From Jimgerdemannia flammicorona (lineage: Eukaryota), in NCBI GenBank assembly GCA_003990765.1, contig RBNJ01000009.1, positions 1 through 64,000 of the forward strand: a stretch of DNA of 64,000 nucleotides, read 5' to 3'. The notes under the pieces were generated by a model. The model did no database searches and was not told where the DNA came from. It saw only the letters and a program-made list of their open reading frames with translations. Below, piece by piece: positions 50,148 to 64,000 of the stretch; the stretch's first letter is position 1; every line of letters starts with the position of its first letter. A program made the translations under genes and the position numbers.

Positions 50148-53100
50148 TGTAATGTAGTGGACACTTACTCTTAAAAGTATGTTAGATTTCTGTATCTTGA
50201 AAACTTAACTGTTCTGACTCTCGCAGAGTCCTTTGAGTTGCAGGGGAGGGTGGGTAAGTTCAAAGTGTATCTGCCTGCAGGCTTACTAGTTCCTTTGCTA
50301 TCTCTTTGCTTTGAACTATTTTGATCTAAGGCTTTATTCACTCTAAGATACTAGGTTATTTATACAAGTTTTGCTAGCTATGAGATGGCTAAGTTATGAC
50401 TATATTTCCTATAAGTCATTTCTTTCACAAGTATTAAATCCTTGACATCTATTAAATCTTTGACAATTGTCAAAGAGTTTAACATCTGTGAATAGTTTAA
50501 CATTCATGAAAACTTTAATGTTTGTGAAATGACTACTATCTGGGCTATACTATATTTGGGAATCAGATTCAGATACTGTGATCAAATGTCTTATTTCTCT
50601 GATTCATATTACTAATTCAGATCAACCATCACAACTTTCTCCTGAATGGATGATTTGTCCCTGAAATATTCTATTTACTCAAACTCTTATGCTTCTACGA
50701 TTTGTATCTCCTTGTACTGTACAATTTGTATCATTATATTCTCCCAATGATATCTTTTGATATATCTGAAATCTCCTGGGACTACTCCTCGAAAGTGGGC
50801 TAAGGCTGGTTTATCATCCTTGAACAACTTGTTGATTTATTTGTTAATCATGATCTGAGCATAGAAAAGCTAGCACTCTCTAATCCAGTCTTCTTTTCTC
50901 ATCTCTGACTGCAAATTCAGTAGTTGTCCCAGTTTGAAGTATTCCTGAAACTCAGTTTGGTTCTGGTAAGCTTTGAAGTGTGAAATTCATGACAGGTGTG
51001 TCTGGACTATACTCTGGATACTGTCAAAGGATTCCTCCATAACAGGCAGTTTGGTAGTGTACCATTGTCTTTTTATAGCTCGCTGTGTAGCACTAGTGAT
51101 CTTGAGAGCTGAGGCAGTACTTCTCTGGTTAGCCATAGTACCTCTTGAGTCAGTTTCAGTAAATAGTAGTGGGGATAATTGTGCCTAAGAGTTTTCATAG
51201 CCAAAAGGTGGTTCCTTTTATATCTTGCACAAGATAAGGTCCTTCCCACTTGGGCTCCAGTTTTCATGACTATGAAGCTTCTACTATATTCTGATATACC
51301 AGGATTTTGTCTCCTATCTTGATAATCTCCAAGAGTTTGTAGGTCTTTTCTGCATTCTTTCATTGTAGTATCTGTGCCTTGGTTATGTAATCTTTGGTCT
51401 TCTTCCTGATTTGGTATAGTCTCCATATTTTTCCATCTATATGTTTCCATATAGCATCTCCATTGGATGATAGGATTTCTCAAGAACTTTCTTCTCTGAA
51501 CAGTATCTCTTGAGAGATAAAGTGGGTACTTTGTGATCTGATATCCTGGAGAGCAGATAATGCTATTGGCAGATAGTGATCCCAGTTTTCATAGTTATTA
51601 CAGATCTTGGCAATAACATTCTTGAGGGTCTTATTAGTCCTTTCTGCTTATCTGTTTCCTTGAGAGTAATAGGCTGTGGTCTGAATGTACTGGATCTTGT
51701 ACTTCTTGTAGAGAACCTCAAAGAACTGGTTCATGAATTCTGTTCCTCTATCTGTAGTTACTTATATTGGGGTCTTGAACTAGCAGATGATTTCTTTGTA
51801 GAAAAAATTGGTGATTAACTATGCATTGGCTTCCTTGAGGGGTCCTGCTTCTATTCATTTTGTAAAAAGGTCTACAATAACAATGATATATTGGTTACCA
51901 GTCAAGGTCAAGAGTAGAGGACTAATTACATCCATTGCTATGTGGGTGAATGGTACTGGTTCTATGTGTGCTGATCCTAGGGTTTGGTTTTATTGATCTT
52001 GCTTCTGTTTCTGGCATTTGTTACAGGTTTTGACAAATTGTCTGATATCTTCCTCCATTCCTGGCCACCATATCATTCTTCTTGTCTTATCATATGTATT
52101 TGTTCCTTCTAGATGGCCAAGTTTATATACTGATTTCATTGCTTGCTCCTTCTTGTGTTCTGATATAACTAGTAGTTTTCCTTTCTTCAGTGTTTCTCTA
52201 TTGGTTTCGAATTGTTTCCATGTTCTGTTGATAATCTTTTGTATCTATTCTTTCAGATGTTGGGGCATCTTTTGCTGTCTCAGGTATGTGATGATTCTGT
52301 AGTAAAGTTCCTTATTCATGATCAATTTGTTGGTTGGCAGTATTTTGGGGTGTCCATGAGAGAGCATCTACATTGGAATTTGTTCTTCCAGGGTAGTACA
52401 CAATGGTTACATCATAGACTTGTAGCTTCATTATCCATCTGGTATAGATTTCTTTAGGTTGTCCAGTTGTAAGTAGCCAGGTGAGAGCTGAGTGGTCTGT
52501 CTGAATGGTGAAGTATCTTCTGGCCAGATAATAGTAGAACTTTTCCACAGCCTAGATAACTGCAAGATATTCCAACTTGTAAGATTTATATTCTTTTTCA
52601 GCTTCTTGAGTTCTGCAGCTAAGATATGCAATGATATACTCTTTTTTGTCTTTCTTTTAAACTAGGACTGCTCCTAGTCCCTGTGCACTTGCATCTGTCT
52701 GCAGAATGAATTCTTAAGTCCAATTGGGTCATCTGAGGATGGGTGCCTGGGTCAGTCTGATCTTGAGTTCATCAAATGCTTTTTATTATCTGCCAGCCTA
52801 CTGGAACTTGGTATCCTTCTTATTGAGTTCGTAAATTGGACCTGTGATATTAGAGAATTCTCTAATAAATCTGCAATAGTAGGAGACAAGTCCCATGAAG
52901 GCTTAGGCTTCTGTAACAGTGGTGAGCCTTGGGTATACTGCTACTGCTTATATCTTGAGGGGGTCTATGTGTGTTCCATCTCGATTGATAACATGGCCAA
53001 GGTAGGAGATATCAATTTCTGCAAACTTGCACTTCTTGGGTTTGATATAAAGGCCATATTGTCTTAGTCTCTCCATTATCTACCATATGTGCTGCAGATA

Positions 53101-56100
53101 TTCCTCAGGTGTCTTGCTGTAGATGATTATATCATCAACATAAACTATCATCCATCTTCCTATATCATAGCAGAAGATTTTATTCATTATTCATTAGAAG
53201 CTTACTGGTACATTACACATCCCAAATGGCATTTGCAGGTAGATATAGATTCCATCAGGGGTGATGAAGGCTGACTTTTCACTTGCCATTTCTGTGAGTC
53301 TGATTTGGTGGAATCCTAAGTATAAGTCTAAGGTGCTGTAGTACTGTGCTTTGTCTCCTAGTGTTATAAGGATGTCACTGATGAGGGGCAGTGGTTGGCA
53401 ATCCTTCTTGATGACTGCATTGAGCTTTCTGTAGTCAATACAGAGTCTTGGGGCAAATTCTCCAAGTTTACTTCCTTTTTTGGGGGCTAGTACAACTGGT
53501 AAAGACCAGGGCTGCTGGCTTCTTTGATAATACCAGCTTCTTCCATCTGCTTGATTTCATCTCTGAGCCATTCTCAGTAGGCTGGCAGGACAGGTCTTGC
53601 CTTCTGGTAAATTGGTTCAGTGTCTCCAGTATCTACCTCATGATAGTAGTGTAGAGTCTTTCCTTTGATATCCTTGAAGTCTGTGGCAAGGATATCCTCA
53701 AATTCATGAAGTATTTTCTTGAGTTCCTCCTTGAGTGGGAATTCATTTCTGATGATATAGCTGTGCTTGTTTGTGGTTTCCTCCTTCTTATGCTCCAGTT
53801 CAGTAATCTTGGTGCTGGTGAATACTCCTCTTCCTGTGGATCCAAATCCTTTCTTTCCTCTTTTTGTTTCCTCCAAATTCTTGACTTCTATGATCCTTGG
53901 TTGTAGGATTGGAAAGATCAGTATCTGTACCAATTGGTCCTTCTTCTTGACTGGGAATGGAATTGAAGGATTGTGATTCCTGGTAATGAGCAGGATTTCT
54001 CCAGTATAGTCAGAATTGATGACTCCTCCTTTGATAGTAATTTTGCTTCTGGCCAGACTGCTTCTTATCTTGAGGATCCCAACATAGTCCTTTGGAATGG
54101 TCATTTCTAGTCCAGTTACAAGTAGGGTGGTTGTCTGGGGTTCTAGTATGGCTTCTTCTACTATAGCAATGTCTATTCTGGCTATATTTTCTGACTTTTA
54201 TTCTGGCAGGACTGTATCAGAGTGGGTTCTTCGAATCTTGACCTTGATTTCTTCATCATCACTATCCTCCAGGAGGGCTGGTGGTTCATCATCTTCCTCC
54301 TCCTTCTCTTCCCTGATCTGTTCTTTGAGAGCTTTCTGTCTTCTTTCCTGGTGGATCTTTTTGATTCTGATGGTGCACTGGTAGCAATCATTGACATGCT
54401 CTATACAGTATATCTTGATCCTGTGAGGACAGACTCCTTGTGGTGTATAGCCTTCTGCAATCTTCTTGCACCATTCTTCTTCACTCATCCATCCTACTTT
54501 CTTCTTTGGAATAGTTACCATATAGGCTTCCTCTTGCTCACTCTCTTCTTCCTCCATGTCAGACAAGACTCCTTTGTTGACATTGATGGAAATTTGTATC
54601 TTCTGTCCCTGATAGGTGATTTGCATCTTCTGAGCATTGAGGTCAATTAATGCCTTAGCTTTGTGAAATCATTGATTGTCAATGAGAATATCATAGTTGG
54701 TGACATTAGTTATGATTACATTTACTGGGATGGTTGCTCCTCTAATCTCAATGGAGACATCTCAGATCTTTCCCAGAGGGTGGCTCTTGTGTCATCTGCT
54801 GTGACAAATACCAACTTGGTTACTTCTTCAACCTCTCAACCTAGGTGGTCTGCTGCCTTCTTGCTGAGAAGATATTCTTCTGCTCCAGTATCAATAATGG
54901 CTTCAAAGATTCTATCTTCAATCTGGCATATTACATAGGTAGAGGTTTTGCGATTATCTTTGCTCTCTTCTCCTGAGTCTTCTTGAATATTGTTGGTCTT
55001 GGTTATCTTCCATCCTTGTTCCTTGGTTGTTTTGGTAAGTCTGAACCTCATTTGCTATCTGAATGTTGAGATTTCTACAAGCTGACCAAAAGTTACATTG
55101 ACCTTTTATTGGCTAAGGTCCTTGAAGATATCATACTTGAAAGTCTTGGTCTTGTGAAGTTTCTTTTCTTTTTCTCCTTTACTAGCTAGAGTGGTTCCTT
55201 AGATAATATCTTGAACTGCTTGCTCCAGCTCCATATCTTGGTCTATCTCTTCAGCTTGGCTTTCTGTAGCAGTTTCCATCTGCTTTTTCACTGAGTTCTT
55301 TTTGGGTCTTCTCAGCAGTCTCTTGTAGGGCTCTTTGCAAACATCCTTCTTAGTAGTCTGGGCAGAATAGGCCTCCCATTCTTCTTTGTCAGAATCTCTA
55401 ATTTCTTCAAAGGTAATTGTGTTGGTCTGCTCTTTATTTCTAGTAGCATTACTTGGCTGAGCCTTGTGCTTGGTTTTGCTCATGCATTTGTAGGAGTAGT
55501 GGCCTTCTTCTCCACAGGTATAGCAGGTACCTTTCTTCTTGTCTGAGGTAGTAGCAAACTTCTGAACAGGGTGGCAGTCTCTTCCTCTGATCTCTTTTAT
55601 CACATCTCTTAGGTAGACAGTCATTTCTGCAAACCTTTTAGTAAGTTCCTCCAAAGGGTCACTGTTCTTTTGCTACTCTGTAGCTTTGGGCTGAGGTGTG
55701 TTTCAATTGATCATCATGGTAGGAATCACACTAGTTGCCTTAGATACTTCAATTCTGACTCCTGTAACCCTCTCCATTGTATGGTCTTGTGGGTGTCTGG
55801 CTATCCAGTATCACTGAGCATAGGTGACCTTCTGTAGCAGATCCAGAATCACTAGTGATGAGTAGATGGCCATGGCTATCTCTGGGTGGACTCCTTTCAT
55901 AAAGGTTGCTTTGGCTACTTGGTCTCAGATAACATCAGCATAATCTGCAAGGATTATCTGGTATCAGATTCTTGTGTAGAATGTGTTTGGATCTTCACTC
56001 ATTCCTTAGTATATTGTGTTGAGCTGGTCTTTTAGAGCTTGCTTGATCTCATCTATATAGTAGGTAGTTTGAAGCCAGGTCTTTTGTGCTATCAGTGTAG

Positions 56101-56890
56101 CACCAGTATTATTTTCCATATAGTTTTCAGCTGTGAATACTGCTCTTGCAGGGCCTCATAGGCTAAAGGGTATAAGGGCTACTTGCTGTGCTGCTGTTAG
56201 GGTTCTTACAGCAGCATACTGCTCAAAATCATCAATGAAGGTAATGATTGATTCATCTGAGGTATATCCATAGAATACTGGTGGTCTCATATCCATCTTG
56301 TCTGAGTATTGGGGCTCAGTTTATATAGTTGTTCAGGTAGTGGCAGTTGTTTGTTGTTCAGCTTGAAAGTGAGGAATTCATCTTGAATCATCAGCCAATA
56401 GGCACCAAGTTGTAACATAGCAGATGCTTACTCTTGAAAGTATATCAGATTTCTATATCTTGAAAACTTGACTGTTCTGACTCTCACAGAGTTCTTTGAG
56501 TTGCAGGGGAGGGTGGGTGAGTTCAAAGTATATCTGCCCACAGGCTTACTAGTTCCTTTGCTATCTCTTTGCTTTGAACTATTTTGATCTAAGGCTTTAT
56601 TCACTCTAAAATACTAGGTTATTTATACAAGTTTTGCTAGCTATGAGATGGCTAAGTTATGACTACATTTCCTATGAGTCATTTCTTTCACAAGTGTTAA
56701 ATCCTTGATATCTATTAAATCTTTCATTAAAGAGTTTAACATCTATGAATAGTTTAATATTCATGAAAACTTTAATGTTTATAAAATGACTGCTATCTGG
56801 GCTATACTATATTTAGGAATCAGATTCAGATACTGTGATCAAATGTCTTATTCCTCTGATTCATGTTACTAATTCAGATTAACCATTACA
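50148..56890 (-). mobile_element. Full-length dUTPase Gypsy element (copy 2)
   Basis: LTRs 50148-50633 and 56411-56890, TSD CTAT, PBS-like TGGTGCCTATTGGC. Same domain order as copy 1, more mutated. Confidence 0.95.
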
Positions 56891-56894
56891 CTAT

Positions 56895-58320
56895 ATAGAG
56901 TCTCTCTTCTTTGACTAGACTACTTTTTTCTATAAGACAGATATAGGTTTCTTTAGAAACTTCTATTCTAATATCTATGCTAATAGTTACTTACTTATTG
57001 ATTCTATGGTTACTTCTATATTAGAGTAGAGATTATAGCCAGCATTAGATTTATATACTTTATCTGAGATTTTATAGTAATATAAAATCTCTTGATTTTG
57101 ATTTTCCCAGATATTTCTTTGAGATCATCTTCTATTATAGTAATAGTATGTGAGTAAAATAGTTCTTTATTCATATTAGTCTTTTTGTCAGAATATTTGT
57201 AAGATATATATTCTCTCTTTTTTATAGTAGAAACATACTTCTTTCTTTATAAGTTTCTCTATTTTCTTTTAGACAAATTTTTAAATTCTCTTTATAATTT
57301 TGGAGAGTTATTTTAAGATTTATATTTCTTCTTGAATTAACATTATTTGTCTTCTTTATTGTTGTTTCTGTTGTTTCTTAGTCTTTGAGCTGCTAAGATA
57401 GTATATACTCTAGTAATAGCTTATCCTAAGTACTATTGTTCATATGAATAATTATAGAGTTATTCTTGCTCTCCAATCTTTTCTGATAATTATTTAAGAA
57501 TAGTATCAAAGAAGTATATTACTCTGGTTCTATTTATAGTTTGTTCTTATTAGCTATATTCTACTCTTATAGTATTCAGAAGAGTTTCTAATCTTATTAT
57601 AAATACTTCTAAGTTATCTTTTCTATTATTATAGAATTAGAAATTCTTGAGCTTAGTTCTGACTTTAGTAATATAAGTAGAGCTGTGAAACTATTGAATG
57701 ATTAGCTCTTTTAGACCTATGATATCTGGATAGACTTTATAGTTAGAGTAATTATTATCTCTTTTACTTATATCAATTTTGATATAGATTTTTTAGATAA
57801 AAGAGTATACTAGTATATTATGCCACTACTGAGCAACTATATCTGTAAAATGAGTAGTGACTTTTTCTACTTATAAATCTATAATTATATAGAGATCTTC
57901 AATCTTATAGTACTCATTATTATTAAGAGTACTGTTTAGGTTCTGATTATTATTTCATCCATTAGCATAATAATTAATATTGACTTATTCTATAAATATT
58001 ATTATTTAATCTGCTTTATTTTTAAATAATATAAGTCAGAGATCTTTCATAAGGTTATTTGTTTTGATTTTTTAATTTTTTGATTTTATGGACTTAGAGT
58101 CCTGTAGATTTTTATTAGAAGGGAACCTAAATTATATAGGCCAAAACCCTCCCCTATCACCTGTTATTTGTTTTGATACTGAGGTGAAAGACTTGAATAA
58201 ATATAGTCACTTAATTAGTCAGAACTGCTATCTTTTATCTATCAATATCATTCTACTATTCTCATTACTTATATAGTAAGATAGTAGTAATCTTTCTTTA
58301 GATACTATTACCTTGAAGAT
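56895..58320. repeat. Degenerate AT-rich repeat, likely continuous with 49500-50147 before the copy 2 insertion
   Basis: The TSD links the two flanks; CpG-depleted; unclassified. Confidence 0.35.
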
Positions 58321-58331
58321 AGTGTGATATA

Positions 58332-58473
58332 TAGTACTCCTAATAAATTAAATTGAATTGAATTTAACTCAAATTTAATTTGATTTAATTGAATTAAAGA
58401 TCCAATTCAATTCAATTCAATTTGAAATTTAATTTGAACTTTATTTTTCAAAATATAATAACTTGACAAATAT
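58332..58473. mobile_element. Left part of a hAT-type MITE (same family as 18067-18293), interrupted by Gypsy copy 3
   Basis: TAGTACTCCTAATAAATT start and shared AAATATAATAACTTGA block. Confidence 0.75.
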
Positions 58474-61400
58474 TGTGATGGTTGATCTAAATTAGTAACA
58501 TGAATCAGAGGAATAAGACATTTGATCACAATACCTGAATCTAATTCCCAAATATAGTATAACCCAGATAGCAGTCATTTCACAAATATTAAAGTTTTCA
58601 TGAATGTTAAACTATTTACAGATGTTAAACTCTTTGACAATTGTTAAAGATTTAACAGATGTCAAGGATTTAATACTTGTGAAAGAAATAACTTATAGGA
58701 AATATAGTCATAACTTAGCCATCTTATAGCTAGCAAAACTTGTATAAATAACCTAGTATCTCAGAGTAAATAAAGCCTTAGATCAAAATAGTTCAAAGCA
58801 AAGAGATAGCAAAGGAACTAGTAAGTCTGTGGGCAGATATACTTTGAACTCACCCACCCTCTCCTGCAACTTAAAGAACTCTGCGAGAGTCAGAATAGTC
58901 AAGTTTTCAAGATACAAAAATCTGACATACTTTCAAGAGTAAGTGTCTGCTACATTATAACTTAGTGCTCATTGGCTGGTGATTCAAGATGAATATCTCA
59001 CTTTCAAGCTAAATAATAAACAACTGTTACTACCTGAACAACCATATAAACTGAGTCCCAATACTCAGACAAGATGGATATGAGACCACTAGTATTCCAC
59101 AGACATATCTCAAATGAATCAATCATCACCTTCATTGATTATTTCAAGTAGTATATTGCTGTAAGGACTCTGACAGCAGCACAGCAAGTAGCCCTTATGT
59201 CCTTTAGCCTACAAGACCCTGCAAGAGTAGCATTCACAGCTGTAAAATATGTGAGAAATGATGCCAGTGCTACACTGATAGCACAGAAGACCTGGCTTCG
59301 AACTACCTACTATATAGATGAGATCAAGCAAGCTCTAAAGAACCAGCTCAACACAATATGCCAAGGAATAAGTGAAGATCCAAATATATTCTACACAAGA
59401 ATCTAATACTAGATAATCCTTGCAGATTATACTAATGTTATCTGAGACCAAGTAGCTGAAGTAACCTTCATAAAAGGAGTCCACCCAGAGATAGCCATAG
59501 CCATCTGCTCATCACCAGTAATTCTGGATCTACCACAGAAGGTCACCTATGCTCAGTGATACTGGATAGCTAGACACCCACAAGACTATACAATGGAGAG
59601 GGTCACAGGAGTCAGAATCAAAGCATCTAAGGCAACCAGTATGATCCCTATCATGATGATCAATTGAAACACACCTCAGTCCAAAGCTACAGAACAGCAA
59701 AAGAACAGTGATCCTTTGGAGAAACTTACCAAAAGGTTCATGGAAATGACTGCCTATCTGGGAGATATGGTAAAAGAGATCAGAGGAAGAGACTGCTGCC
59801 CTGTTCAGAAGTTTGCTACCACCTCAGACAAGAAGAAAGGTACCTGCTATACCTGTGGAGAAGAAGGCCACTACTCCTATGAATGTATAAGCGAAACCAA
59901 GTGCAAGGCCCAGCCAAGTAATGCTACTAGAAATAAGGAGTAGACTAATACAATTACCTTCAAAGAAATTGAAAATTCTGATGAAGAAGAATGGGAGGCC
60001 TATCCTGCCCAGACCACTAAGAAGGATGTTTGCAAAGAGCTCTATAAGAGACTGCCAGGAAGACCCAAGAAGAACCCAGTGGAAAAGCAGATGGAAACTG
60101 CCACAGAAAGCCAAGTCGAAGAGATGGACCAAGATATAGAGCTGGAGCAAGCAGTTCAAGATATTATCCAAGGAACTGCTCTAGTCAGTGAAGGAGAAAA
60201 AGAAAAGAAACTTTGCAAGATCAAGACTTTTAAGTATAATATCTTCAAGGACTTTAGCCAATAAAAGGTCAATGCAACTTTTGGTCAGCTTGCAGAAATC
60301 CCAATATTCAGACAGCAAATGAGGTTCCGACTTGCCAAAACAACCAAGGAACAAGGATGAAAGATAACCAAGACCAACAATATTCAAGAAGACTCAGGAA
60401 AAGAGAGTGAAGATAATTGCAAAACCTCTGCCTATGCAATATACCAGATTGAATATAGAATCTTTGAAGCTATCATCAATACTGAAGCAGAAGAATATCT
60501 TCTCAGCAAGAAGGCAGCAGACTGCCTAGGTTGGGAGGTTGAAGAAGTAACTAAGTTGGTATTCATTACAGCAGATAGCACAAGAGCCACCCCTCTGGAA
60601 AAGATCCGAGATGTCTCCATCAAGATTGGAGGAGCAATCATCTCAGTAGATATAATCATAACCAATGCCACCAACTATGACATTCTCATTGGCAATCAAT
60701 GGCTTCACAAAGCTAGGGCAGTAATTGACCTTAATGCTCAAAAGATGCAAATCACCTATTAGGGACAGAAGATATGAATTCCCATCAATGTCAATAAAGG
60801 AGTCTTGCCTGATATAGAGAAAGAAGAGAGCAAGCAAGAGAAAGCCTATATGGTAACTATTCCAAAGAAGAAAGTAGGATAGATGAGTGAAGAAGAATGG
60901 TGCAAGAAGATCACAGAAGGCTATGCACTACAAGGAGTCTGTCCTCACAGGATTAAGATGTACTGTATGGAGTATGTCAATGATTGCTACCAGTATACCA
61001 TCAGAATCAAAAAGATCCACTAGGAAAGAAGACAGAAAGCTCTTGAAGAACAGGTCAGAGAAGAGAAGGAGGAGGAAGATGATGAACCATCAGCCCTTCT
61101 GGAGGACAGTGACAATGAAGAAATCAAGGTCAAGATTTGAAGGACCCACCCTGATGTAGTTCTGCCAGAATACAAGTCAGAAAATGTAGCCAGAATGGAC
61201 ATTGCCACAGTAGAAGAAGCCATACTGGAACCCCAGACAACCACCCTACTTGCAACTGGACTGAAAATGACCATTCCAAAGGACCATGTTGGGATCCTTA
61301 AGATAAGAAGCAGCCTGGCCAGAAGCAAAATTACTATTGAAGGAGGAGTCATCAATTATGACTATACTGGAGAAATCCTGCTCATTGTCAGAAATCACAA

Positions 61401-64000
61401 TCCTACAATTCCATTCCCAGTCAAGAAGAAGAACTGATTGGTACAGATGCTGATCTTTCCGATCCTACAACTAAGGATCATAGAAGTCAAGAATTTGGAG
61501 GAAATGAAAAGAGAAAAGAAAAGATTTGGATCCACAGAAAGAGGAGTATTCGTCAGCACCAAGATCACTAAACTGGAGCATAAGAAGGAGGAAACCACAA
61601 ACAAGTACAGCTACACCATTGGAAATGAATTCTCACTCAAGGAAGAACTCAAGAAAATACTCTATGAATTCAAGGATGTCCTTGCCACAGACTTTAAGGA
61701 TATCAAAGGAAAGACTCTGTACTACTATCATGAGGTAGATACTAGAGATACTGAACCAATTTACCAGAAGGCAAGACCTGTCCCACTAGCCTACTGAGAA
61801 TGGCTCAGAGAAGAAATCAAGCAGATGGAAGAAGCCAGTATTATCAAAGAAGCCAGCAGCCCCTGGTCTTTACCAGTTATACTAGCCCTGAAAAAAGGAA
61901 GTAAGTCTGGAGAATTCACCCCAAGACTCTGTGTTGACTACAGAAAGCTCAATGTAGTCACCAAGAAGGATCACCAACCACTGCCCCTCATTAGCAACAT
62001 TCTTATAACACTAGGAGATGAAGTACAGTACTACAGCACCTTAGACTTGTACTCAGGATTCCACCAAATTGGACTCACAGAAATGGCAAGTGAAAAGTCA
62101 GCCTTCATCACCCCTGATAGAACCTATATCTACCTGTGAATGCCATTTGGGATGTGCAATACACTAGCAAGCTTCTAATGAATAATGAACAAAATCTTCT
62201 ACTATGACATGGGAAGATGGATAATGGTTTATATTGATGATGTAATCATCTACAGCAAGACACCTGAGGAACATCTGCAGCACATATAGCAGATAATAGA
62301 GAGACTAAGACAACATGGCCTTTACATCAAACCCAAGAAGTACAAGTTTGCAGAAATTGAGATCTTCTACCTTGGCCATGTTATTAATCGAGATGGAACA
62401 TATATGGACCCCCTCAAGATACAAGCAGTAGCAGCATACTCAAGGCCTGCTACTGTTACAGAAGCCCAAGCCTTCATGGAATTTGCCTCCTACTATTGCA
62501 GATTTATTAGAGGATTCTCCAACATCACAGATCCAATCTATGAACTCAATAAGAAGGATACCAAGTTTCAGTGGGCTGGTAGACAACAAAAAGCATTTGA
62601 TGAACTCAAGATCAGACTGATCCAGGCACCCATCCTCAGATAACCCAATTGGACTCAAGAATTCATTCTGCAGACAGATGTAAGTGTACAGAGACTAAGA
62701 GCAGTCCTAGCTCAAAAGAAAGACAAAAAAGAATATGTCATTATATACCTTAGCTATGGAACCCAAGGAGCTGAAAAAGAATATGAATCCTACAATTTGG
62801 AATGTCTTATAGTTATCTGGGCTGTGGAAAAGTTCCACTACTACCTGGCTAAAAGACACTTCACTATCCAGACAGACCACTTAGCTCTTATCTGACTACT
62901 GACAACTAGACAACCTAAAGGAATCTATATCAGATGGATAATGAAGCTACAAGTCTATGATGTAACTATTGTACACTGCTCTGGAAGAACAAATTCCAAT
63001 GCAAATGCTCTCTCATAGACATCCTGAAATACCGCTAACTAATAAATTGATCATGAATAAGAAACTTTACTATGGAATCATCACATATCTGAGACAGTGA
63101 AAGATGCCCCAATATCTGGAAGAATGGGCATAAAAGATTATCAATAGAACATGGAAATAATTTGAAACTGATAGAGAAACACTGAAGAAAGAAAAACTAC
63201 TAGTTATATCAGAACACAAGAAGGAGTAAGCAATGAAATCAGTACATGAACTTGGCCATCTAAGAGGAACAAATACATATGACAAGGTAAGAAGAATGAT
63301 ATAGTGGCCAGGAATGGAGGAAGATATTAGACAATTTGTCAAAACCTATGACAAATGCCAGAAACAGAAGCAAGACCAACAAAACCAAGCTCCAGGATCA
63401 GCATGTATAGAACCAGTACCATTCACCTACATAGCAATAGATGTAATTAATCCTCTACCCTTAACCTTGACTGGCAACTGATATATCATTGTCATCATAG
63501 ACTTTTTTACAAAATGGATAGAAGCAGAACCCCTCAAGGAAGCCAATGCACAGTTAATCATTGATTTCTTCCACAAAGAAATCATCTGTCAGTTCAAGAC
63601 CCCAATACAAGTAACTACAGATAGAGGAACAGAATTCATGAACCAGTTCTTTGAGGTTCTCTACAAGTACAAGATCCAGCACATTCAGACCACAGCCTAT
63701 CACCCTCAAGGAAATAGATAAGCAGAAAGGACCAATAAGACCCTCAAGAATATTATTGCCAAGATCTGTAATAACTATGAAAACTGGGATCACTATCTGC
63801 CAATAGTATTATCTGCTCTCTGGGATATCAGATCACAAAGTACCCACTTTATCCCTTGAGAGATACTGTTTGGAGAAGAAAGTTCTTGAGAAATCCTATC
63901 ATCCAATGGAGATGCTATATGGAAACATGTGGATGGAAAAATACAGAGACTATACGAAATCAGGAAGAAGGCCAAAGATTACATAACCAAGGCACAGATA
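58474..64000 (+). mobile_element. dUTPase Gypsy element (copy 3), runs off the window within integrase
   Basis: 5' LTR 58474-58959 and gag ATG ~59074. CYTCGEEGHYSYEC, dUTPase ~61123-61545, YIDD, integrase ATG 63053. Confidence 0.95.

Overview
Eukaryotic, transposon-dominated window. It is fungal judging by a Zn2Cys6 gene, and an early-diverging Mucoromycota-type genome is my inference only. Two host genes look intact: a Zn(II)2Cys6/Fungal_trans transcription factor (12119-14356) and an F-box + PP2/Nictaba-like lectin gene (19251-19961), both in CpG-retaining islands. The rest is nested, CpG-depleted repeats: three near full-length L1/Tx1-like LINEs plus two 3' fragments, three copies of a Ty3/Gypsy family, an internally deleted mini-LTR element, solo LTRs, a chromovirus remnant, a Copia remnant and hAT-type MITEs. 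The most unusual item is the Gypsy family. It carries a Cys/His module and a complete dUTPase between protease and RT. Its integrase is a separate ORF joined to RNase H by an ATGAATAA start/stop overlap in all three copies. A further 153-aa ORF of unknown function is coupled to the integrase end in similar fashion. All alignments and translations were done by eye, so the boundaries of degenerate elements are approximate.
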